The notes below the pieces were generated by a model. It searched no databases and was not told the origin of the DNA. It saw nothing but the letters and a program-made list of their open reading frames with translations. A stretch of 64,000 nt of DNA from Eledone cirrhosa (Eukaryota): the NCBI GenBank assembly GCA_964016885.1, contig OZ024750.1:9796001-9860000 (forward strand). The letters are read 5' to 3'. Shown piece after piece: positions 41,796 through 54,434 of the stretch. Both the position numbers and the translations under genes were made by a program. The stretch's first letter is position 1, and the number at the start of each line of letters is the position of its first letter.

Positions 41796-44554
41796 ATTCT
41801 GTCTCTTCAAATGACAAGATTCAGAAAGCAAGTACCTGGCACAACAATCCAGGACTAGGGTGGCAAACAAGCAACGATTTACTTGTTGAAAAAAGGAATA
41901 AGGAGGTTTGGCCTTCAACCAGAAACAAATACTGGAACAGAACCTCTCCTTTTGGAGGTAATTATGGTTCCGTTAGTTCAGGATCTGTGATATCTAGCTC
42001 AAGCTACCAAAACCAAGGTCTTGAGACCAGTCAGGGATCAAGTGCCATGCAAGGTCAAAGTACTTCCGCGTGGAGCTCAAATCCCAATTATAATGGACTT
42101 GAAAGACACGCTTGGAATGCTGGGGGCATCTCTAATAGTTCTGCTGCCAATCTCAACAATGCAGGGTGGGGTACTCTACCCCACAGTCTTTCGATGAATA
42201 GCCAAGGCCATAATATGCAACTTCGCTCTGGTTCTGCTGGAAGTGATGGTAGTTCCATGAATTCTTTTACTACAAGTAACATCCCCAGTATGGCTTGGGG
42301 AGGACCTGCTTCTCAGGGTGGTGGTGGTGGTAATAGTGGTGGTGGTGGTGGTGGCGGCGGTATGGGTCGTCCACCAAACACAGCCATACAGCTGATGCAA
42401 CATAGTTCTGGCACAGGAGACATGAACAGTCACAACAGATCTGTACCTAATAATGGTGCTTCACTCACTACAGGTGAACCTCAGGGTGGCTGCCAGTCAA
42501 GGGGTGGACATGGTGGCAATCAGTTATTGTGGCAGGGTGTTAACCAGAGTATCATGCCACCACCAGCTATTTCTTCAATTCGTGCTACTGGTTGCAGTGA
42601 ACCCAGCTGGAATAGTGTTAATAATCAGAATAATCGACCACTAATGATAAACAATCAGGGAGATGGGTCTTTAACAGACAAACAAAGTGATAACACGTGT
42701 CAACAGAATTCTGGAGAGACCTCCACCAACTGGAGTGTGTTGTCGGGTGCCAATAGTGGCAATACAAAGAAAAACCCCAACAACTGGGACCGTGCTGTTT
42801 CACCTGCCACTAGTGTCAGTTCAGATTGGAGTAGTAACACTGGGCAACGCAGCATCAGTCAACCATCAGTAAGTGGTAACCAGTGGAGCAGCAACACACC
42901 TAACAGTAACAATAGCAATAGCAACAATACCACCAACCACCAAGGAGTAGGAGGAGGAGGAGGTTCTTCATCATCTTCATCATCATCATCTTCATCGTCA
43001 AATCCACCCAAATCGCAGCCCAGCACATGGGCACAAGCTGCTGGAAAGGGACTCAATATTTCTTCCACTCCAAATTCCACTAGTGGAAATTCTACTGCTG
43101 GAAATAATGGATCTCGGTCATCCATCTCTTCTCAACGAGATGAGATAAAACGGCTCATTGAAAGCAACGAAGGCTGGGGTTCACGACCAATCAGGCAAGA
43201 TAACACCTGGGTTGTGCAATTCTCGCCCAAATCCAAGCGAAAATTTGAAGAGGAATCAAATGTGTGGAATAACGGCAGCACAAATGGAACTGCTGTTTGG
43301 GAAGCAACAAAAGATGGTACTGCAATCTGGTACGGTGCTGCTGGTAGACCTGCTGCATCAGGATTTCATCATGAACCAGAAAATCCAAACACCTGGGGTG
43401 ATAAATCCAATAAAAGCAACTCGGGTGCTCTAGGTAACGCTAGTGTTGGTAACACACCTAGCAACAATCCTGTCCGGTGTAGTAGTGCAGGCAGTAGTGG
43501 GAGCGGAATCGGTAATAATCCTGTCGGGAATAACAATAGTATTACTATTAGTGGAGGAGCAAGCAATAGCAACATCATCCTTAGCAGCAGTAGTAGCAAC
43601 AACAATAGCAGCAGCAACAATAGTTGCGTTAATAACAACCAGGGTAACAACAATGTACCCAACAGTAGTAGCAGCAGCAGCAGCATTATGGGAAGCATTC
43701 CTATTCGTAACAATGGCAACAACCAATCTACTGGACCACAACCAAACATTGGCAGCAACAACAGTGATAAGAATGTTGGGATGTGGAGTAGCAGCAATGG
43801 AGGGCCTGGAAGTGTTGGTGGTGGTGGTGGTAATAGTGGTAGTAGTAATGCAAGTGGAGGAGGTAGCAGTTCTGGCAGCAGTACAGGAGGAGGTGGTGTT
43901 GCAAATAGTATGGGTGGAGCAGGAAATGTACAGCCTAAAAACTGGAATAAGACTGAAACAGGATCCTGGAATGCAACTCATTCTGCAAACACCAATAATG
44001 GCAATATCAATGCTGGCATCAATAAAGGGCCAAAATCTTTCGGGCATTCAAACAACGGCTGGGAAGAACCATCTCCCCCCTCGCAAAGGCGGCATATTGA
44101 TGTTGATAATGGTACATCATATTGGGGCGATCCAGCGCATCAACCTCAACCTCAGAATTGGAACAATCTTCCTAATTTATCTAACACACAGCAGCCTCAA
44201 CATCTCCAACAACAGCAACAACAACAACAGCAGCAGCAGCAACTTCATCACCAGCAGCAGCAGCAACAACAACAACAGCAACAGCAACAGCAACAGCAAC
44301 AACAACAGCAGCAACAGCAGCAACATCATCAACATCAACAACATCAACAACAACAGCATCAACAACAGCAGCAGCAACAACAGCAACAACAACAACAACA
44401 GCAGCAGCAGCAACAGCAAAGGCAAAAAGATGAGAACCAGTGGAATAAAGGTCTTGCTCAAAAGCAACCAAATTCTGGTTGGGGAGATCCCACAGCTCCA
44501 AAATCACAAGGTGATGATGGAACAAGTATTTGGGCCTCAAGTGCTCAACAACAG
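41796..44554 (+). CDS. TNRC6: GW182/TNRC6 large exon: N-terminal GW/WG-repeat Argonaute-binding region with polyQ
   Basis: Acceptor ttttttacag|AT (phase 1), donor CAG|gtcagt (phase 0). Encodes LIESNEGWGSRPIRQDNTW (GW182 motif I-like), GWEEPSPPSQRRHIDVDNGTSYWGDP (Ago-hook) and GWGDP...DDGTSIW, within S/G/N-rich low-complexity sequence. Confidence 0.93.
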
Positions 44555-45051
44555 GTCAGTGGGATTTTATTATTTCCATTTAATTTGATTTTCTTATTCA
44601 TTAATCTTCCTATAAAGTAAGTCTTTTATTTACCAATTAGCACATATTTTTATTATTTCACCTGTTATATACTAAAGAGTTCTGTTATATTCCTGTTAAA
44701 TACTAGTCCTGTTATATACTGAAGAGAGTTCTGTTATATACTAAACAAAGTCCTATTATATACTTAACAGAGTCCTGTTAATTAAACTAGCTGCGATGTA
44801 ATGAATGTTAATTACTACCTTGTTTTAATTGTTTCCTTATCAAGTCATTTGATGGTATTTCTATATCAGGTTATGTCTTTCTTTTCTGTTAACACCTGGA
44901 TTTCTCTCTCTCAACACCTCTACTATGTTGTCAAGGCCTGTACTATTCGGTTGTCAACACCTGTACTATTCGGTTGTCAACACCTGTACTATTCGGTTGT
45001 CAAAACTTCTATTCCCTTGTTAAGACATGTTACACTGCTGCCATGACATAC

Positions 45052-46368
45052 TGTGCCAAGACATCCACTACATTGGTGTCAAGACATCTACTACATTGGT
45101 GTCAAGACATCTACTACATTGGTGTCAAGACATCTACTACATTGGTGTCAAGACATCCACTACATTGGTGTCAAGACATCTACTACATTGGTGTCAAGAC
45201 ATCTACATTGGTGTCAAGACATCTACTACATTGGTGTCAAGACATCTACTACATTGGTGTCAAGACATCTACTACTGTGGTGTCAAGACATCTACTACAT
45301 TGGTGTCAAGACATCTACTACATTGGTGTCAAGACATCCACTACATTGGTGTCAAGACATCTACTACATTGGTGTCAAGACATCCACTACATGGGTGCCA
45401 AGACATCTACTACATTGGTGTCAAGACATCTACTACATTGGTGTCAAGACATCTACTACATGGGTGCCAAGACATCTACTACATGGGTGTCAAGACATCT
45501 ACTACTGTGGTGCCAAGACATCTACTACATTGGTGTCAAGACATCCACTACATTGGTGTCAAGACATCTACTACATTGGTGTCAAGACATCCACTACTTT
45601 GGTGTCGAGACATCTACTACTGTGGTGCCAAGACATCTACTACATTGGTGTCAAGACATCTACTACATTGGTGTCAAGACATCTACTACATTGGTGTCAA
45701 GACATCTACTACATTGGTGTCAAGACATCCACTACATTGGTGTCAAGACATCTACTACATTGGTGTCAAGACATCTACTACATTGGTGTCAAGACATCTA
45801 TTACATTGGTGTCAAGACATCCACTACATTGGTGTCAAGACATCCACTACATTGGTGTCAAGACATCCACTACTTTGGTGTCAAGACATCTACTACTGTG
45901 GTGCCAAGACATCCACTACTTTGGTGTCAAGACATCTACTACTGTGGTGCCAAGACATCTACTACATTGGTGTCAAGACATCTACTACATTGGTGTCAAG
46001 ACATCTACTACATTGGTGTCAAGACATCTACTACATTGGTGTCAAGACATCCACTACATTGGTGTCAAGACATCTACTACATTGGTGTCAAGACATCTAC
46101 TACATTGGTGTCAAGACATCTATTACATTGGTGTCAAGACATCTATTACATTGGTGTCAAGACATCTACTACATGGGTGTCAAGACCTCTATTACATTGG
46201 TGTCAAGACCTCTACTACATTGGTGTCAAGACATCTACTACATTGGTGTCAAGACATCTACTACATTGGTGTCAAGACATCTACTACATTGGTGTCAAGA
46301 CCTCTACTACATTGGTGTCAAGACATCTACTACATTGGTGTCAAGACCTCTATTACTTTGGTGTCCAA
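45052..46368. repeat. 23-bp minisatellite, about 57 copies, intronic
   Basis: Unit aagacatctactacattggtgtc; degenerate units of about 24 bp at 44910-45050. Confidence 0.97.
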
Positions 46369-47518
46369 GCTTGACTATCGCTGTCAATAGATGCATACTT
46401 TGTTCTCCATATTTGTACTTGTCTACTGTCAATAGATGCACTACTCTCAGGACTTGAATTTATCTGTCAAGTTACTATCTTAGCAATGAAATAATTAGTA
46501 ATTTTAGTAAATCCTTCAAAATTCTTCATCAATTAATCAAAATACAATGTATTTCATTAGAAATGCAGTCATTTTCAGGTGTAATATTTAAAATGAAATT
46601 GTTTATTAAAGGTAAAATATTCCTCCGTTATATAATCAATTAATGTTCATTAAACATTGTAAAGCATAAAAAAAATAATTGTTATTAAATTGATAATGAA
46701 AAAATAAGCAACAGTTATAGAAAAATATTTCATGTTTTTATTTAACCTATGTTATGGTTTTTACTTAAGATATTTATTAGCTATTACATGGAGTTTTTTA
46801 AAATATGTTTTGTGTATTTCTCTTTAATATGAGTTTAATTATTTTAATTTAAAAAAAAAAATAATGATAATTTGTAACATTTATTTATCCAATGTATATT
46901 TGTTATACTAATATTTTTTTTATACCATTAATTTCTTTTTACCTTATTGTTACACCTGTGTGCATTTTACCTGCCATTTAACCATTTCAGATTGTTGATG
47001 ATTCAACATGTTGAAGTTCTATTCCTACACAACATGACTTAACTGTTTTGTGAATGTGAGGTTTTGAAAGCACTTGTGTTTTTGAAATGCATGAAAGTGC
47101 ACAAATGTCCAAATTTGAAATTTGGACACTTCAGTCATTTTGAATTGGATTGCTATTTCAGATTTATCTGCTCAATAAATATGCAGTAATACACAATGAC
47201 AATAAGGTTCAAAAGTTTCCCACAAAACAAAAAAAAAAAAAAGATCTTAATCTTCCAAAATTTGGAGAGCAAATCTTTTCTTTATCTATGGATTGAAAAC
47301 TTTTTATACTTTGTCAGAACATTCTGAATGAATGGAAGCAAATCCCTGATGATCAAATCTATTTTAAGATTTAAAATTTAATAATTAAATATTCACCAAA
47401 TTTCACTGCTCAGTGAATGAAAATTCTGTCAAACTAATTTCATTACTTTATGATACTGTGAGAAAAGAGAAAGAATTGAACTGATAATTGCAGGTTATAT
47501 TTCAACTTTAATTTGTAG

Positions 47519-47641
47519 GCCAAATCTAATGGTTGGGATACCTGTGGCACACAATGGGGGGCTGCAGCTATGGCTTCCAAATATAGACCAGCACCTAACT
47601 GGCATGATAATGACATAAATTCTTGGAATCCTCAAAGAAAG
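47519..47641 (+). CDS. TNRC6: GW182/TNRC6 internal exon (AKSNGWDTCGTQWG...SWNPQRK)
   Basis: tttgtag|GCC ... AAG|gtgagt; 123 nt, phase 0/0, open, Trp-rich GW-type peptide; not in the ORF track. Confidence 0.85.
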
Positions 47642-48949
47642 GTGAGTTAGATGGCTTTTGGAAACAGATATTTCAATCAACCGAAGAGATTAGCTTCTTT
47701 AAAAGACAAAAACCTGTCTGTATGTGCTGGCATGTACATATATTTTATGTCTATAATAACCCTATAGACAAAGATATAATAAACATCTTCATGTGTATTG
47801 CTTACACATATACTTAAATCATATTTATAGTTTTATTGGTTTTGAATATTTTTCATCAATATTGTGTGAAGTTAGTGTTGGGGGGTGTTTCTGTGGCTAT
47901 ACTAAAATATATGGGTTATTAAAAATTAGAAAAAAACAAGTTGCAGATTTTTCTTCTGAGCATCTTTTGTTTATTTTCTTCAATTTAAAAAAAAAACTAT
48001 CATTTTATTATTATTATTTTTTTATTACTATAATTATTAATTCTATTAAATACTATTAGTTTGTTGTCATTATTGTTAAAAGAAATCATCCCTTTTCTAA
48101 GCTGTCAAAAATATGTGTAATCACATTCAAAATGGCTGGTAAATATGGTGATTATCTGAATGATTTATTTCCAACTTGCTCTTATCACAATATTCTTTGT
48201 TATATAATATTGTTGACAACCAAATACTTCATATCTTTTAGATCATATTTTTGTTCTATTTTATTTTACCTTTAAAAAATTCCTTTAAAAGATATGTTCT
48301 AAGCATTTTGTAAATTGTAATTTTCCGTACATATGTGTGTATATATATATAATATTGAACAAATTTTTAAAAATTATATAGCTACATGATTATACATGCA
48401 AATTATTGCCAATCATTTTATGAGGACTTAATTTATTTGGTTTTAATTTTTTTTTTTTTTTCTTTTGAACATACATTTTTCCATTCCTTTGCTGAATAAA
48501 TTATTAAAATAGTAGAAAATCTATATAGATATTAAAATTTATTAAAATTTACATTTCTGACTTTCCCAGTAATAATTTTGATATCAATATTACAGTTATA
48601 AAGTATTAATATGAATATTATAGTTATTAAAGTATTCATATTTACATAATTTTCATGTAACAATTTTGAGTTTTTACAGGAATTTTTTTTGCTTTCATTA
48701 TTTTTAATTTTTTTTTTTTTATTTCTTTTAGGAAGTTTTATTAATTTAAATCAGAGAATTGTTTACATTGTTAAAATGGATTATTATTAAAATAGTGTTT
48801 TATCTGTCTGTTAGTACCATCTCATGTATTTCTATCTTCATTATTTCTATCTTCATCTTCATCTTTTCTCCAATCACACTCCACTTTCACATTTCTGTAT
48901 AAACTCATATTTGTTTTAAATACTGCCTTTTAGTCTTTGCTACAACTAT

Positions 48950-49150
48950 GTAATGACAGACTGGCCAGTAGGCTTGTGGTGACTGAGTTAGAGTATTGTG
49001 ATATAGTCAGTGTTGTAATGACAGTCTGGACAGTAGGTTTGTGTCAACTGAATCATATAGTTGTGATATGGTCAGTCAGTGTTGCAACTGGGTAATGACA
49101 GACTGGACAGTAGGATTGTGATGACTGAGTTAGATTATTGTGATGACAGT
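48950..49150. repeat. Degenerate tandem repeat, about 65-77 bp, 3 copies
   Basis: gtaatgacagactgg.cagtagg.ttgtg..gactga recurs three times. Confidence 0.7.
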
Positions 49151-49834
49151 AGAGTGTGACAACTGACCACTTAGTGGCATTCTGAAGAAAATAGTTTAGC
49201 CCACAATGTTTATTGAAGAATGCAGCAGTTGAATTTAAAGGCAAAAAAGTAAACGAAAAGTAACTAGTTCATCTTATGACATATTCTACAGAAAAGACTT
49301 TCAACTATCTTGGGTTGTAAATATAGAGAAAGCCTTTCATATTATTCTCACTTTTAGTTGGAATGCCATGGAACACACACATATATAGTATAAACAGTTT
49401 CATACACTCATGTATGTGCTACCATTGGTTTCGGGGTCCAGTCATGGCCACCACTGAATAAAGGAAGAGACACTTTTAAACTGGCCCTTCATTCAGGCAC
49501 ATGGACAAATATATATATATATGGAGAGAGAGAGAGAATAAGGAAAATGCAAAGCTGTGATAGGCATTTCAATGGCAATTGTGGCTATGTGATTGTTTAC
49601 GTAATATCATGAGCTAACATCTTTATGTAATAATGTTATGTTTATTATTAATGACTTATTTATGTAATAATGTTACGTTTATTATTAATGACTTTCTTTG
49701 GAAATATTTTACCTGTCAATTGTTAATATTCCAAGAATAACATACAATACTTTGTATTGATATTTTGTTTTAAATAATGTGCCTTCATTGAAGATTAACA
49801 CACAATAGAAAGACAAGAAAACAACAGTTTATCA

Positions 49835-50345
49835 CTTTTGATGCTAAATAGTCTGAAATTAACCCTGGTTCTATGATAGAAATTTTAAAGGGTTTATATT
49901 TATCTAAAAACCTTCCATCATAATTTTATGTAAGAACCTTTATTAATACTTTCGTAACCGTATTTCTAATGAAATATACAATAATCATTGTGATTATAAT
50001 TAATCAATGAAGAATTTTGAAAGGAATATTAAAATTATTAATTATTTCAATACTAAGATATGGTTCTTGTATAAAATTGTATTGGAAGATTTTAATTTTA
50101 ATAGAAACCCTTTAAAATGGTGGGGGTTGTTTCATAGAACCAGAGGTAGTTTTGGCCAAGTTGCTATCAAACGTGTTAAGTTATGTTCCAAACATTAACT
50201 CAATAATGAGAAAGTTAGCTATATTACTAAATCTCTCCAAATTCTTGATTATATTTATCTAAAAACTTTCCATCATAGTTTTATGTAAGAACAAGTTATA
50301 TTTCTGAGAAAGTCAGTTATTTTACTAAACCATTCTAAACACTCA
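49835..50345. mobile_element. Cluster of MITE family B copies and fragments (main copy about 49948-50175)
   Basis: gtatttctaatgaaat ... catagaaccagaggtagttttggcc; duplicated tatttatctaaaaa.cttccatcata.ttttatgtaagaac. Confidence 0.55.
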
Positions 50346-51107
50346 ATGTTTTCCATTAGAAATATAGTAATGAAAGTGTTAAGTTTATCTGGCATTACTG
50401 AAAACAAGATAGTAACAAAAAGGTTGGCTATAAATGTTATCAGACTCCTAAGTAACTACATTTCTTTAATTTAATTTGTAAAAAAAATCATTGATTGTAG
50501 TTTTTTTTTGTTATATGACATTTAGTGAGTAGTTAGTTATTAAGTAAACTGTAACTCTATCACACACATTATCTTAAACTGCTAGAGAGAGCATACTGTT
50601 TAATTATCAGGAAAATATACATTACATTTGAGAAATTCATATTATGAAGGACATCTGACTTTTAGAAATGTCCTTCCATAGTTCATGTAAATACTTAAAT
50701 TTCACAAGTTGTGTGGAAAAAACTACCATTTGGTAATCAATATTGTCAAATATCATGTATTGCTAGTCTTTCGATGTTAGTCTTATTAAACTAACATATT
50801 TTCATTAACAACATAATTCTTTCATTCCTAAGATCCTGGAAAACCATCAGTCTCCCTCCCATCTCTATCTCTCTCTCATTATCGTTTTGAACCTAATTTT
50901 TTTTTCTTTGCTGTATGTATTTCTGTTTAGGCATGGTAACACTTTAAATTGGTAGAATTATGTTTTATTTTATATTTTCATAATGTCCACTTACAAATAC
51001 TGATATATTGCACTATTACTTCTTCCTTTGTTTTGTTATTTCCCCACATTGATTTAATTGTTGGCCTCTAGCATTAAATATTGTCGGTATAATTGTCTAC
51101 AACACAG

Positions 51108-51254
51108 GGTTGGAATGAAGATGGCAGTATAGGTAATCCTGGTGTTGATACTGCTTGGCATGATGCTGACATGGGCACATGGAATGAGGGACCTCAGGAA
51201 AATAGTTCATGGAGTAGTGCTCCTGGTTGGAAAGGCAAACGGAATAATTTCAAG
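51108..51254 (+). CDS. TNRC6: GW182/TNRC6 internal exon (GWNEDGS...GWKGKRNNFK)
   Basis: acacag|GGT ... AAG|gtaagt; 147 nt, phase 0/0; GW/TW/SW motifs; the acceptor is pyrimidine-poor, so the 5' boundary is less certain. Confidence 0.85.
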
Positions 51255-51445
51255 GTAAGTTTATTTCACCTGAGGATTTATTAAAACACCGGAAATATAG
51301 CGGCTGATCCTTAAAACTTGAGACAACAAAAATAGTTCAATGTTTAGTAATCTTCTGGCAAGTATTACATCCTACTTTTAAGTTCCTGTCTTACCAAAGT
51401 TAAGATGAAATTAGAAGAAAAATGTTTTTTATTGATAGATATTTT

Positions 51446-51661
51446 CTTTAGCATTTAAACCGGTCGTATCCGGCCAGAATTCTCTCACCTCTTTCTGCTC
51501 AAACCAGCCATAACCGGCTGATCATACTTATGTTAAGGTATTGTTCTCAACATAAATATCAAAATCTCGTAGATTTTATATCATATGAAATAATCATATA
51601 AGGTAAAGCTTTTATCGTGAAAATACAATAGTAAATATAGAGTAATGTAAATGCTAAAGGG
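51446..51661 (+). mobile_element. piggyBac-type MITE family A
   Basis: ctttagcatttaaaccgg ... gtaaatgctaaaggg-TTAA. Confidence 0.8.
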
Positions 51662-51959
51662 TTAATCAAGGCTGGTAAAAAACAAAAACAAAATGGAGAA
51701 ACTCCTCTAATAGCTTGTATCCCCCTCCCCCTTTTTATTGATTTGGTATGGGAGAAAGAAGAGGTTTTAAACCCTTAAGCTTTACTTGGTGTTTGAGACT
51801 AATGTGATTGATGCCAATGTTCAACTTGAACTGTGGCAAGTTGATGACTATTGGGAAAATATGTATCAAGAGGGATTTTCAGACGGCTGATGTCTGTGGG
51901 GGAAGGATTGGGAGTAGGGGTTTAGTGTAAGAGTGGTAGTATACAGGACAGGATGAGAA

Positions 51960-52270
51960 AAGATGAGTGGGTGTGTGATGAGCTAACTCTGAGAGGTAGT
52001 CAATTGTGGTAACAGTAAACTAGAAAACACAGAATGTTGAGAGAGCACGTCTGTAGACCAGTGTGACTTGACACCAGTCAGTGTGGATATGGTGTAGGAT
52101 ATGTGGTAGTGGGAGGAGAAGGAGGAGGATACTAATGTGAGTCTCACCTGAACCTTGTAGAATGTTAGTTGTTGTTGGATACTTAAGTATTTTCTAGCTC
52201 TGAAAACAAAGGCCAATCTTTGTATTATGGAGCAGTTATTTCTAGTATAAGATTACCCTCCTACTTGCAA
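51960..52270 (-). mobile_element. Decayed CR1/Jockey-type LINE fragment
   Basis: FRARKYLSIQQQLTFYKVQVR resembles the post-RT L.LYKAQVRP.LEY region. Confidence 0.4.
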
Positions 52271-52807
52271 ACCACTAAAACATGAAGTAGGGGTTCTCTG
52301 GAGGAGCAAGCAAAGTTATTCATGCTTTAGAGCATAATGCTATTGATATAGTAAGGTTTGAACCTATCTATAGACATGTTTCATGCTGAGAATTGCTGAA
52401 GCTACCTGCATCAGTTGTTAGCTGTCAGGACACTGCACCCTTCAAAACTTCCATGCTTCCTTGACTTTGCCAACACTACACCTGATATTCCCCCTCCATA
52501 CACGCGCACACGTGTGTGTTTGTATATCATGACTCATACACTATTCACTTTCCTGACATTTGTACATTATTTTATGTACTATACATGCGCCTTTGATGAG
52601 TTGGAGTGCACCTGAGCACTGTACACAATAATTTTCATTATTATTATATGTGCAATGCCCATACCATTGTACATGAGCACCCGTGCAGATGCAGGCACAC
52701 ACCCACTCACTATTAGATATTAATTGAAAGCTATTTTTTTTAAAGCTATTCTCTGAATTCTTGTTAAATTTTTTCAGGGCAGAAATAATAAAGTTTCATT
52801 TTTCCAG

Positions 52808-52894
52808 GGTGCTAATAAGTTTCCCGGTGGTGGTAGCCAAGCTCCTCTCATGAGAGTGAAGCTTTTGCAGCAACTCACTGACATGGGTTTCAAG
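52808..52894 (+). CDS. TNRC6: GW182/TNRC6 exon, first half of UBA domain (...LLQQLTDMGFK); alternative in-frame acceptor at 52778
   Basis: tttccag|GGT ... AAG|gtaagc; QLTDMGF is the TNRC6 UBA signature. Confidence 0.88.
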
Positions 52895-53495
52895 GTAAGC
52901 TTTGACTAAACTATTTTGTTTAACAGAGCATGTATTGCTAGCATGTGTACATCATCAAAATATTTAGTATTTGGAAACTGTTGAATATACTGAGTTTAAA
53001 AGATAGCTTCTCCCTTAAAACCCTTCTAGTTGTGAAATATATTTGTCAGCAATCCAGTTAAATCAATTATTTCTTGCGCAGAATGCGGGTTCTTAGCAGA
53101 ACTATTTATGGATAGTGTGTAGTGAACCCTGTTATAGGTTCTATGGTTTTGGTAGTATTAGTTCTTATCATATACAGTGCTCTGGTTAGTGTTATTATTA
53201 TTATTGGCACTTTTTATTTCATGCCTCACATTTTCTGAATTTCAATTTCAAGATCTTAGTATTTTGACAGTTTTTCCACTGCTTTTCAAGAAATGAACAC
53301 GTCTTATCATCATAATCATAACCATCATTACCATCACTATTATCATCGTCAACATCCTTCACCATCATGATTTTTTTTATTTATTTTACACTCACATTTA
53401 AAAACTCATTTGTAAAAAAAAAAAAAAAAAGTCCTCTACTTCAAATTGTCGATCTATTATTCTGTGTTCAATGCTTTTTATTATTATTATTATAG

Positions 53496-53553
53496 AGAGA
53501 TGATGCCCAAACCGCCCTGATCAGCCATAATATGAACTATGATAATGCCCTCG
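53496..53553 (+). CDS. TNRC6: GW182/TNRC6 exon, second half of UBA domain (RDDAQTALISHNMNYDNAL)
   Basis: tatag|AGA ... CTC G|gtaaga; 58 nt, phase 0/1; resembles the TNRC6 UBA pattern R..AE.AL..NNMN.D.A. Confidence 0.88.
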
Positions 53554-54092
53554 GTAAGATAAGTCAAATATTGATCTTCTATTGTTTTTAATGACCTACA
53601 AACACAATAATAAAAATATTACTTATCTATATTGATAGTAATTAACATTTTGGTGCCAATAGTGTAAATATATGACTAGGTATTAAATGATACTAGAAAT
53701 ACATATTCTAAATGTCACACACACGCACACTGGTTAAAAGTGACATGAATCAACTTCAGAATAAACATCAAGTAATTTACTATACACTCTAAATTTCTTA
53801 TTTAATTGAATAGATTTTTTTTGTTTTTGTTTTTTTATAGTTCATCATAAGAAGGAAAAAAAACGAAGCTGATTGTGTCAAGAATTAAAACATATAAACA
53901 CATAGAAATGAAATTATGTAGTCCTCTATTGTAATTTTCTATATATTTTAATTTACTTTAAAATTTGTATAATATATGATTAGAATTATTGGATTAGACT
54001 CTATTTTTCTACTTAGATTGCTCAATTTATGTTTTATATAGTTATTTTTATGCTCAATTTGTAAATTATTTCTGTTTTTATTATTTTTTTAG

Positions 54093-54403
54093 CTGATTTG
54101 CGACAAGGTGCTACAGCTATGAAAAAAGATGAGGATGTATTCCAAATGGATTCTAAGCGCAAATTATCTGGAATTATTGATACAGCTAGTGGCTTAAATG
54201 ATGACATATCTGATAGTCAGTCTGACAGTAGTCATTTTGTGCCTAATATCTCCATGCAAAATACTCCATTTCCAACTGCTCAATCTCAACTCCCCAATCC
54301 GTCACACTCACTCTCTCACAAAGCAATGTCTAGTCTACCCCAGCCTATTATGAGTAATAATCAGAATACTAGCCTTCAACAAAAGCTTCTGCAGAAAATG
54401 AAC

Positions 54404-54434
<31 letters not shown>

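Noticed and set aside
43369-44588. Alternative-frame and antisense ORFs (381 aa plus strand; poly-L/V/A minus strand)
   Set aside because: Shadows of the S/N/G/Q low-complexity GW182 coding sequence
44974-46457. Three overlapping ORFs of 445-476 aa, or a CRISPR-like array
   Set aside because: The ORFs are translations of a stop-free 23-bp tandem unit (23-aa period). There are no unique spacers and no cas genes, and the array lies in a eukaryotic intron
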